From Xylographa opegraphella (Eukaryota), in assembly GCA_022813865.1 (NCBI GenBank), contig JALDZX010000057.1, forward strand, positions 1 through 64,000: DNA of 64,000 bases, in the 5' to 3' direction. The position numbers and the translations under genes were made by a program. Under the pieces are notes generated by a model that ran no database searches, was not told the DNA's origin, and saw nothing but the letters and a program-made list of their open reading frames with translations. This document shows positions 53,307 to 64,000 of this stretch, piece after piece. How positions within the stretch are numbered: the stretch's first letter is position 1; every line of letters begins with the position of its first letter.

Positions 53307-55167
53307 ATGGGTTTCCCTCTGTTGCGAGCTCAAGCAGCTCGTAGGGGTATCTCCGTGCGGGGGGTCCTCCAGCCTTTGTAAGTAGCGAGGCCTGGACTCA
53401 TCAATACGTACTAACACTATATCCAATAGGCGTTCTATTTCTACAACGACCACTCGCTGGAAAGAAACCGAGATCACTCCTCAGCTCAACAAGACCAGTC
53501 AACATGTTACGCAACCCAAATCGCAGGGAGCGTCGCAGGCTATGCTGTACGCAACGGGGCTCGAGCCCTCCGATATGTCCAAGGCGCAAGTAGGAATCTC
53601 GTCAGTGTGGTACTCGGGCAATCCTTGCAACATGCATCTGCTGGATCTCAACAACCGTGTGAAGGAAGGGGTCGAGCGCGCAGGACTTATTGGTTATCAG
53701 TTCAATACAGTGGGCGTGAGCGACGCCATATCAATGGGTACGAAGGGAATGAGATACTCGTTGCAGTCGAGGGACCTTATTGCAGATTCGATAGAGACAG
53801 TCATGGGGGGCCAATGGTACGATGCCAATATCTCGATACCCGGCTGTGACAAGAACATGCCGGGGGTCATCATGGCTATGGGACGGGTCAATCGGCCATC
53901 CTTGATGGTTTACGGCGGCACCATCAAGCCGGGGTGTGCAGTAACACAGAACAACGCAGACATCGACATTGTTTCAGCATTTCAAGCATATGGTCAGTTC
54001 ATCACCGGTGAAATCAACGAAGAACAACGGTTCGACGTAATTCGCCATGCTTGCCCAGGCGCGGGAGCATGTGGCGGGATGTATACGGCCAATACCATGG
54101 CTACAGCTATCGAGGTGATGGGGATGACATTACCAGGGTCTTCGTCCAATCCAGCAGATTCCAAAGCCAAGCATTTAGAATGTCTCGCCGCCGGTGGGGC
54201 AATCAAGAAACTCCTCACCGAAGACATCCGCCCGTCCGACATTCTGACCCGCCAAGCCTTCGAGAACGCTATGATCATCGTCAACATCACTGGCGGGTCC
54301 ACAAACGCAGTGCTTCATCTTATCGCCATTGCCGATTCGGTGGGCGTCAAGCTCACCATCGACGATTTCCAGTCCGTCAGCGACCGCACGCCGTTCCTAG
54401 CGGACTTGAAGCCGTCCGGCAAGTACGTGATGGCCGATCTGCACACAATCGGAGGCACGCCTGCGCTGCTCAAGTTCCTGCTAAAGGAAGGCCTGATCGA
54501 CGGAAGCGGCATGACGGTAACGGGACAAACATTGGCCAAGAACCTCGAGTCGGCACCCGACTTCCCCTCCGACCAAAAGATCATCAGGCCCCTAAGCCAG
54601 CCGATCAAGGAGACCGGCCACATCCAGATCCTGCGCGGCAGTCTCGCGCCCGGCGGCTGTGTCGGCAAGATCACCGGCAAGGAAGGGCTCCAATTCGTCG
54701 GCACGGCGCGAGTCTTCGACTCGGAGGACGCGATGATCGTCGCGCTGGAGCGGGGCCAGATCCGGAAGGGCGAAAAAACGGTGATCGTGATCCGGTACGA
54801 GGGCCCCAAAGGCGGGCCGGGCATGCCGGAGATGCTCAAGCCCAGCTCGGCCATCATGGGCGCCGGCCTCGGCAACGACGTCGCGCTCATCACGGACGGA
54901 CGCTTCAGCGGCGGCAGCCACGGCTTCCTGATCGGGCACGTCGTGCCCGAGGCGCAGGAGGGCGGCGCCATCGCCTTGGTCGAGGACGGCGACAGGATCG
55001 TCATCGACGCCGCGGCGCGCTCGCTGGACCTGCAGGTCGCGCCGGAGGTGGTCGAGGCGCGGAGGGCGCGGTGGGTACAGCCGGCGCTGAAGTACGAGAA
55101 GGGCACGCTGAAGAAGTACGCCAAGCTGGTGCAGGACGCAAGCCATGGGTGCATCACGGACGCGTAG
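53307..55167 (+). CDS. ILV3: Dihydroxy-acid dehydratase, mitochondrial, 2 exons
   Basis: Arg-rich presequence exon (ATG 53307, gtaagt intron), then [76 protein letters not shown]. Confidence 0.95.
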
Positions 55168-56295
55168 GCGCTCTCTGTGGGGACTGGTGGCAGCGCTGGG
55201 TCACGAAGTAGAGCGGTGTCGGTGGTCTGGCGTGAGGGCGGTCCGCTCCGTATGGGCAGAGTCGTGCCCTAGCCTCGCCGTCACCACGGAGTGAGGCAGA
55301 GGTCTTCGAGAGGGACATGTGCGAGCGCTACAAGGCGGATGTCGGGAGCCTGGGCTCGTCAGGCTGCTCGGTCAGCATCACATCCACGCTGCGATGTACG
55401 TCGAGAATCACGGCTCATGCGGAGGCGTGGGTGTTTGTTTGTACATAGGCGGCGATGCAGGGTCTCGGTGGACTTTCATCGATAGATAATCGATACCGCT
55501 TCTGAAAGCCATCTGAATCACGCGCGTCACGCTCGTGCGTGGGACACGGTTTCCGAGAGGCGGGTAGTATTCTCAGTGCACTTTTACTGCATTTTAGTAG
55601 CCCTTTCAGAATACCCCCAAGACTATTCATTCCTCAGAGTACTTTCCAACCCTACTCCTTGGGATAACATCATGATATGCTCATGATCCCCTCCGACGGG
55701 CTAACATGCCCAATAAACCTAGCCTACTCTACCCTATCCTACCCTAACCTAATACACGCATGTGCACACAAAGCATCGATTCTGCACAACCGACCTACCT
55801 TACCGTAATGGATCATCATAGCCAAAATCCAAGCCAATACTAAAGCCAAAGCCTAAGGCAGATGGGGAGACGTAACATCGTCGATACCGTAGCTAGGTAG
55901 GCAAAAACGCAAAACACCACCTTCCAGAGTGACATATATCTCTCTACTCTAATCAAACCTGTAATGAAAAGTCACGCACAAAGAACCGGTAATTATCGTC
56001 TATTGTAAATGCGACGAGACGGGTACAGTGTTGATTGCGTAGCGACTAGTGAGGCGTGTGTTCGAAAGATCGGAATGTATTCGGGGAGGAGGAGGTATCA
56101 CGCATCACACATCACACATGATGCAATAACGCATTGGGCAAAAACACATGGTCAACAGATCTCGTTTCTGAGGAGACTCGGCATCCATTCCATTCCTTTC
56201 CATATCCATCCTTTGATATACAAAACCCGTCCCCATCATCCCGCACTCACAAGGCACATGCAATACAAAGCATGCAAAGCAAAGCCCTCCCCAAC

Positions 56296-56824
56296 CTACG
56301 AAGACTTCCCGCCCGCCTTGCCAGCCTCGACGGGATCGACCTTGCCATGGGCGAACTCTGTTTCGGGTATCAGCATTCCTTCCACTCGGCGCCATATACG
56401 AAAGGAGAGAGAGAGCCACGTACCGCCGGTTCCGACGCGCCCGTCCTCGGTGCCGTCTTTCTTCAGCCCGTCATTCTCTGCGACGCGTTAGCGCTTTTTC
56501 GTCCGTCAATGTCGATGTCGACGAGGCGTGTTACGCACCGCTGGGCTTGTACTGCTCTCCGGAGCTGCCGCTCGTCTGGCCGCCGGCCTTGCCGGCTTCG
56601 TGCGGGTCGACTTGGCCGTGGGCGAACTCTGCGGGTAGAGGGTTAGCGGGTGGAATGGGGAAGGGGGAAGATGGGTGGGGAGGGCGTACCGCCGGTGCCG
56701 ACGCGCTTGTCGGGGGTGCCGTCTTGCTTGAGGCCGTCGTGCTCTGGAGGGGCGGCAGTGTTAGTTTCGGTAGTGAAGGGGAGGGAGAGGAGGGAGTTGT
56801 ACCGGTGGGTTTGTATTGAGACAT
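56296..56824 (-). CDS. Small glycine-rich stress/conidiation protein with KGG-like repeats (hydrophilin), 5 exons
   Basis: Four phase-1 GT-AG introns splice to MSQYKPTEHDGLKQDGTPDKRVGTGEFAHGQVDPHEAGKAGGQTSGSSGEQYKPSENDGLKKDGTEDGRVGTGEFAHGKVDPVEAGKAGGKSS*. Confidence 0.85.
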
Positions 56825-58095
56825 GGTGAAGTGTGCGGAGAGGTTTATTGAGATTTTAGAAGGTGAGTGGTTTTCTGTGTGTAGAGACTGGTGAAGTGGT
56901 AATTGGTGATGGAGAGAGAGGTGATTTGGATAATGCTTTCAGCGGCGGAGCGGGCCCTTCTTGTAGTGCATCCAGCACGCCGTGAATGCTGGGCTATCAC
57001 GTCACAGCAGAGGGGGTTCGAGCATCACGGCCAGGCCAGGTGACATCACGACTGAGGGCGTCGGGGACGAGCAGTGAGATGAGATCTGCCAGATCGACCA
57101 GATGCAACCGCCAGCCAGCTTTCCGCTGCCACCGCCCGCTCTCGATTGGGATTGCCTTTGGAGAGAGAGAGTGAGGTGGGAGGGGGGAGCCTGGATGGGG
57201 ATCATCAATGGCGGGTGGGACGAACATGGGACTCCCATCTCACGGACCATGGCCTTTCGCAGATGCACATGGGGGGGAAAGATGGGAAGGTCATCCGAGT
57301 GGTGGATCTGCGGCCGGGTGCCTGAAAGCAGTGACGTGAACGCTGCGCTTTGCATCAGCCGCGAGACACAGAGCGACGAAAGCAAAGCCAGTCACGACTC
57401 ACACAGCGACAAGAGGGCGCTTTGGCACAACTTTAGCACGCTTTAGCAAGGGGTATGGGCTGATGGTGCATCGCCCAGTCTCACGCTTGACTCTTAGTCC
57501 CGTCTCGCGAATCTGCCCAGGAGGGGGGCCGATGGCGATGGTAGTGCCGTTCGCAGCAAGGAAGCGATCACATTCAATCCTTGCGGTTGCAGCTGTCCCG
57601 TCATCGACACTTGCTGTCTGAGTTCTGACATATATACAATTGAGGGGTTTCTTCCACCCGCATTGGCACAAGGAAGAGAAACGCAGAATAAAGCCCGAGC
57701 CATGGGTGAGCCTGGTACGATGTGGAACGAAGTGAAGTCATGATGCGGAAGAAATGACGAGATTATGCCCGCGCGTGTGGCTTGGCGGAAACGCGAGATC
57801 CCGTGATCTGCCGCAGCCACTTTCTGCTCGACCAATTCCCCCTCCTCCCTTCCCCTTCACTTTCCCATATACCCCAACCTCCATCCTGCCTCCTACCAAT
57901 AATATGCCCCCGTCTCTCATGATGACAGACTCTGTAGGCGACCACCCATGGTCCATCGTGCAGCTGCTGCCTACATGTGTGGGGGCCTTTGAATTCCTTT
58001 TTTCCCAATTTCCAATCATTAATCATCGTGTCAATCGTTCAATCATACTCCCCGTCCCGCCAGGGGAATGGCATCCGGCAAAGGAGGGGGTCGGG

Positions 58096-58584
58096 CTAAT
58101 GCCGCGAGTGCGGATGCTCGCCGTCGTGCGTCGGGGACAGCAGGCCCCTCACCGCCTCGGTGAAACTGAAGCCGCCGAAGAGCCAGTCGTTGCCGTGCCG
58201 GCCGCACTGCATGACGGTGCCCGAGTGGCGCTTGGCGCTGCGGGATCGGGGCCGGCTGGCCTGGGACGCGGTCGAGGTCGAGGAGTCGGTGCGGAAGTGC
58301 AGTCGAGCACGGGCGGGGCCCTCGTCCGCGGTGGGGGATGAGCTCGTGCTCACGGGGGAGCGACTCGTCGGTGAGCGGGACCGCGAGGTGCGGATGCGAG
58401 AGAATATGGTGGTCTCCGCCGTGGGCGATCGCGAGTGCGGGGTGCGGGGTGTGGACGGGCCGGAGCAGGTGGTGTTCGTGGTGGGGTGGAAGATGGACTG
58501 AAAGGTCGAGGAGGAGCTGGAGAATGATCGGCTTGGCAGCCCCGGCTTAGCCTCGGGGTAGGTGGGCGTGGTGGTGTTTGACAT
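58096..58584 (-). CDS. Small Ser/Arg-rich hypothetical protein with C-terminal motif RHSGTVMQCGRHGNDWLFGGFS
   Basis: Open ~162-aa frame with C/G-ending codon bias. The C-terminal motif resembles a conserved uncharacterised Pezizomycotina motif (from memory). Confidence 0.6.
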   Translation of the reverse strand: MSNTTTPTYPEAKPGLPSRSFSSSSSTFQSIFHPTTNTTCSGPSTPRTPHSRSPTAETTIFSRIRTSRSRSPTSRSPVSTSSSPTADEGPARARLHFRTDSSTSTASQASRPRSRSAKRHSGTVMQCGRHGNDWLFGGFSFTEAVRGLLSPTHDGEHPHSRH

Positions 58585-60537
58585 GGCTGATGTGAGTGTG
58601 ACCTGTCGGACGTAGCTGTTCGTCAAGCTGGCAGTGTCGGTTTGTGGATGGACGTGACGAGATGCGAGTGTCGATCAATGAGGAATGTTGCAGATCGTCT
58701 CCCTGACCAGGGTATGCGATGACTACAATCAAAGCTCGGTACGGTGCACGTAGGTTCACGTTGTAGCGGTAGGCTTGCTGCGTTGTAAACTCAGTGGACT
58801 CGCGCTTGTCGGTGGAGACGCCGAAAAGCGAAGAGGAAGAGTTGGCGACTGCGGAATATTATATGGCACCGCGATCGTATAGACGACAAGCCGAAGCACA
58901 ACGATGTTGTCTGTTGTTAGGTCTGTTGTCGATCTCTCACTCGGGTTTCCAGACTCTCAGGACGGGGGTTGGGTTGTACCGAGGACGTTGGTAGGGCAAG
59001 ACAGCCAACTCAATCTGGGGACAGCGGCAGCCTTTTAGGTGGGCAGCTGGAGCGAGAGCGAGACAGAGAGAGGTGGGAGCAGGCTCACTAAGGTCAGGTC
59101 AGGACTGGAAGCAGCGTCTTATCGGGGGCAGAAGGCCGATGTTGGGGCACGTTTGTTTTAGTGGGTCGAAGTCGGGTGAGGGACACGAGTAGGAATCTCC
59201 CCCCCCTCAGTCCATCAATCGAGACCTTGCCGACCGAACCTCTGACACGCCCTCCACCTCCACCTTCCTCTCTAGTTGACGTTAGGGCTTACAGCTGAAG
59301 GTACGATCTGGAGCTTAATTGTCAACCTTTTCCTCCTCCTGAGGGTGGTTCAGCAACCACGCCGTCGTTCTGTCCCTCACCACTTGGGAGAGCGATACCT
59401 TAGTGGTACCCTTCGAAGCGTGTTGCGGAGTCGGTTGCATGAACTAATAAGCCCGTATCGAGGGCTGAAAGCTGGGCACTTGCTGGCTTGCTGCGTGCAT
59501 GTCCCGGCCCTATGATTGGTGCACAGCGACTCTCCCACGCGAAGAGCTGCGGCTCCGACTGCCCTCCTTCCAAATAAATGCGCTGGCGCTGCATGCGAAT
59601 GCCGGGACGGGGGCAAGAATACGGAGTACCTACTGGAGGGTAGCTGGTAGCACGTGATGGGCGCCCACCTTCATTTCCATTTCCACTCCCACTCCCACTC
59701 CCATCACTCGGGGGATCGGCTTCCATTCCATTCCTTCCCATTGCAGCCTGCTGATTATAAGCCGTGACTGTATTCAACCCCCGGCTAATCATTCCGATCG
59801 AGCGATGGGGCATTCACGACAATAATGCCACGTGGATGCCCTTTCTATTCTTAGCCCCTAGCTGACTCATTCCGACCACCCACCCCGGCCCTTCCCCGAT
59901 TTTCCCCATCGGGACTTTTGGCGGCGAAGCCGGCGTTGGGCCGTTTCAGGTCCGGCGTGATCGACGGCCCGATAGAGCCCAGCCCCCTACCCGGGGATGC
60001 TTGTAACACCACTGTAACACCGGCTCTCTGGAGTCTGGTGCTCTCATCGGGACTGGAGGTGCAAAGTCAGGTACCCGGATGCATCCAGCCGGCAGACACT
60101 GCTGCTGTTGCCTTCAATGCTACCGTAGACTACGTACTGTGGGTGGGGTGAGTCCTGTCGGGGTTGGTGGCTGTCATTCGGGAACGGTGTCCATTCTGTA
60201 AGGTAAGGTAGTCATTGTGAGTCGGATCGTGGGTCGACTTTAAGTACTATGGTAGAGTGAAATAAGGTACCGTACCGTATGTAGGACTACCTAGACTACC
60301 CTTACCTTAGTCTTCCAAATATCTACAACCCAACGACCGTGCAACCACATCCATCGCCTACTGAAACACCTCCCCGTCATTCCCAATCGTCGCTCCACTA
60401 TTTCGATTCTCCCTTCGTCCCCCGGCAACCAACACCAGGACACCGAACGGCAAATGGGGGGGTATCCGCAAGGCCCTCGCCCGGGCCACAACTGCGAAGA
60501 AGCATGAAACAAACATCGAACGCCCGCGCCGACTCCA

Positions 60538-60590
60538 ACCCCTTCACCCCTTTCTCACCCTTCTCACCCCTCTCACCCCTCACACACCCC
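60538..60590. repeat. Degenerate ~9-nt (TCACCCYTY) microsatellite-like tract downstream of sconB
   Basis: ccccttcacccctttctcacccttctcacccctctcacccctcacacacccc. Confidence 0.6.
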
Positions 60591-60679
60591 ACCGGAGACA
60601 GACCCGGGCCCCCTCCCGCTCCGCCCCCGATGCTTCCTGCTTCCTGCTTTCTGCTGTCTGCTTTTCTGGCAGCGCACCT

Positions 60680-62862
60680 TTATTTCTCGCCCGCTCCGTC
60701 GACGCTCAGTGCGAGCTCGCTCTTGAAGCTGTACATCCGCGCCTCGCAGTCCTCGCTGCCCGTGCACATCCGGCTGTCGCTGAGCCCGATGCACGTCACC
60801 GGGCCCGCGTGCCCGGTGAAGGTCCGCTCGCACCGTCCGCTGCGGCTGTCCCACACCTTGACCGTCCGATCCTCCGCCCCGCTGACGACCCGCAACGTGT
60901 CCGCCGCCAGCGCCCACACGCCCTCGACGTGGCCGAAGAAGGTGCGCACGCATCGCCCCGTCGACACGTTCCACAGCCGCACCGTCGAGTCCAGCGCGCC
61001 CGTGAGCATGTATCGTGGCGGAGGTGCGTGCCCGGCCGATGTGGCCCCGGCCGCCGAGGTGCCGCCCACCGACGATGGCGGCGTCACCACGCCCTGATGG
61101 TCGCTGGCCACCGAGGACAGGTCGTCGTGCTCGTCCGAATCCGGTTCGGAGTCCGTTTCATCGTAGTCGAACTCCACCGGCAGAGGGAGGACCTGCTGCA
61201 CTTGGCCAACGTGACCTTTGAAAACCTTGATCGTGCTTTTCTTGTCCAAATCCCACAGCCGCACGGTGCAGTCGTCCGACGCGGAAAATACCGTCCGCGA
61301 CGCCGAATCGACCTTGACTGCGTTGACCCAGTCGTCGTGACCACGAAGCACACATGTGGATTTGTCCTCAAAGTTCCATATCCTGATCGTCTTGTCCGTG
61401 GATCCCGACGCAAGTATGGTCGAGTCGAAGTGAAGAGTGATGACCCCGCCGCTGTGACCGGTGTACGTGGAGTGGCACTCCCCAGTGCGCCAATTCCACA
61501 CTTTGAGACTCTTGTCGATGCTGCCACTGATGAGCTTGTTGTCATCGAACTGAAGACAGCGGATGCCGGAGGCATGACCTGACAACGTTCGGATCTCTTT
61601 GCCAGTATCCAGGTCCCAGATCTTGATAGTTGCGTCGTAAGACCCGGTAGCCAAGATGTGATCGTCGAACTGAAGACACATGACTCCGTTCGAATGGCCC
61701 TTGAAGGTTTTGATAGAATACCGTCCATGTTTCCAATTCGACCCGACCTTGAATCTGTCTTTGTAAACATCCTTCCACGGTCGGACTCGTGGTCGGAAGT
61801 ATGAATCCTCCAACTCGGTCGATCGTGATCGAGCTTCCAGAGCGCCAGGATGAAGCTCTCCTGGAGTTGAGCTTGCACGCAGAGATCCTGCGATAGCTTC
61901 TAACTGGAAGCTGCATTTCTTGTACAGCGGAGCTCTTTGGGATGCTTCCCCTACGTTTGACTCAGGGAATGGTGTAATGTCAGGCGACCACTCGTTGAGA
62001 CCTTTCCCGGTCGCCCGAAGTTGTATCTGCCGCTTCGAAGCTCTCAATCTTTTCCTTTCCAGAAGCGGGAGGCCCCATCCGCATTTCGTACATTTCCTAT
62101 CAATATGTTGTTCACACATTCTGTGCCAAACAACATCATCATCTGCGAGGGTCCGCCATCGCTGACTGACTTGGGCCGCTTTGCACAAGGACGTGGTATC
62201 AAGGTAACAGAGTATCTTGAACGCCAATTCGGTCGGAAGGGCGGACAAGAAGTCAATGCGGATGAGTTCGCGGACATGCGCTGAAAGGTAGGAGAGCTGT
62301 GGAAAACAACATTGGGTAAGGATGCCTTGCAGCATGAGCTGCCGATGTTTGGAAGGCGCTGCTGAAAACAATGTCCACACGTGCGCAATGCCCTGCTGAT
62401 CACTCTGCGATAAGGTCTCAAGCTCCTGTCAAACCAATTAGAGGCATAGCAAACATGGATTCACTGCGGAGAGCTCACGTGCTGAAGCTGATCCATCGAC
62501 GGCTCATCTGCTTGGCGCCTACATTTGAGATCAGGTCGATGGCGGTAGCAGAACTTCGAGTTCGAATCCGCTGTAGAGGCTCCCTTTCTACTTCTCTGTC
62601 CACCTAGCGGTGCGTACTGCTCGGGGATATGCTGCGCAAGGAAGGGAGCAACTGTCTGACCCGCTAGCTTGGAGGTTGAAGATATGGTGATACCGGTATC
62701 CTTATGAACTTCGCTACTGTCTTTGTCTTTCCTGAAACGCTGATCGTCGACACGTATACGGGGAGGAAGTTCGAGGAATAAAGCTGCAGAGCCCGTCTGT
62801 TCGTTTTGCAAAGAGGACAAGCGTCGTCGCTTCGCCGAATTATGCGATTGCTGGTCGGCCAT
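60680..62862 (-). CDS. sconB: F-box/WD40 sulfur controller SconB/Scon-2/Met30, 2 exons
   Basis: [35 protein letters not shown]-box [38 protein letters not shown], multiple GH...WD/WN repeats. Intron ~62479-62426. Confidence 0.93.
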
Positions 62863-64000
62863 GATAAAGATCGGTAAGACTCCTGTCCGGGTGTGTTATC
62901 CCAATCAACGTATCGTAGCTGTTGAAGGAGCGGCCGGCCTGAAGAGACTCATTCATTGGTTTTGCTGTGAGGAATATTCGCAATTGCTGGCACGATGACG
63001 TGCGATTGCGACAGAAACCCGAAGTTGCAGTACGGGTAGGAATGAACAAAGCGAGCCACCCATTTCTTTTCTACGCAGAGTTCGACCCTTCGCAATCGGC
63101 ACGAATTCAACCTCTGACCGAGTAGCAGCGTGCGAGTATCTGCGAGCGCATGCCCATTGCCCGGTTTTCTTCTCCGCCTTTCGCCTCCTGCAAGTGGCCT
63201 GATAAAGGGTCCACCTTGGCATTTCCTAATCCGCCGAGTCCGCTTAGTGTACAGCAGTAGCGCCACGGCACCAAAGGCTAAGCGACTTCGTATCACTTTA
63301 CCTTACCGAAAGTGCCAAAAACACGGGATGATGAACCGATTCGATGGGATGGACAATATGCAAAAACATACAACAGCTGGGATTCGCTGGTGGTCACCCA
63401 CCCAACTACTAATCAGCCGATCTCAAGCTTATGTATGCCAGAGCGGACGGGATAGCCAGTTCTCTTGAGTCTGTGGTCGTATGTACTGGTGTAGGCCACC
63501 AGTATATTACATCAACTTGATTTGGCATTACGTGCCCTTCTTTACGGGTACTGCCTTGGCATCTGAACCGAGCGTTGAGAGTTATCTCTATCCATCTTTC
63601 CTTGCGTTGAGCTTTTCACCTCCCTTTGGTCGTCGCTCTAGTCAGTTGGGATGTCATGACAATCCAGATGTTGCGAGGCTTGGAAAAGAACAGAACATTT
63701 CCCACTTTCTAATTCGTGCTAACTTGTTGTTTTTGACCTCGATTCATGCCCTAGGAAATATGCCCGAAGGGCGCTCCACCTCTTCCAACATTCTATATCT
63801 ACCAGTTCATGGATTAATGATATCAGCTATCTAAGTCGCTAATACGTAAACCCATCTCTTGGTTGTGTTTTCGATACTTCTTCTATCCATCCCACATATC
63901 TCACGTATCGGCGACCCCGCTTTGAGCTTCATCCTCATCGGTCCTGTGCGACTAATCAATTTCAATGCGGAAATGTCCCTCGATATGCCCCCTTGGTAGC

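Noticed and set aside
54051..55211. 386-aa alternative-frame ORF and antisense ORFs over ILV3 (similar ones over sconB)
   Set aside because: Expected by-product of high GC3 suppressing stop codons; Arg/Pro-rich with no recognisable motifs.
55725..55755. accctatcctaccctaacctaa telomere-like tract
   Set aside because: Degenerate, has no uninterrupted TAACCCTAA, and shows no surrounding long-range helices; consistent with low-complexity 3' flank sequence.
60680..62862. sconB as a member of the ARD/aminotransferase sulfur-related cluster
   Set aside because: About 10 kb away and separated by four unrelated genes; I found no convincing CYS3/MetR sites in the cluster promoters.

Overview
Gene-dense, intron-containing DNA from a filamentous ascomycete (Pezizomycotina), judged from short GT-AG introns with CTRAC branch points and fungal-type proteins. 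No CRISPR, rRNA, tRNA or intact transposon is visible. About 25 protein genes can be reconstructed. Most are housekeeping: ITR-type transporter, Utp16/Bud21-like, RMD1, Nhp10-like, DEAD-box helicase, Ser/Thr kinase, class-3 lipase, kinesin-14, LOA1/VPS66, tafazzin, NOSIP-like RING, Tctex1, VTC1, Alba-like, AHC1-like, ATG17, ILV3, a KGG-repeat stress protein and SconB/Met30. There is also a decayed GMC oxidoreductase pseudogene. Three things stand out. (1) A ~0.9 kb non-coding region at ~37.15-38.05 kb whose 5' and 3' ends pair in a series of long-range, G-U-rich helices around CCCTAACCCTAA; this is a candidate telomerase RNA gene. (2) Immediately downstream, a ~12 kb accessory cluster (38.5-50.5 kb) encoding an NRPS-like A-T-R reductase, a divergent acireductone dioxygenase, a GMC oxidoreductase, a PTH11-like membrane protein and a divergent BNA3/kynurenine-type aminotransferase; I do not recognise it as a described pathway. 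(3) Several non-canonical introns: a possible AT-AA intron in the DEAD-box gene and three GC-AG introns. All gene calls rest on motif recognition and manual splicing; no database search or folding calculation was run.
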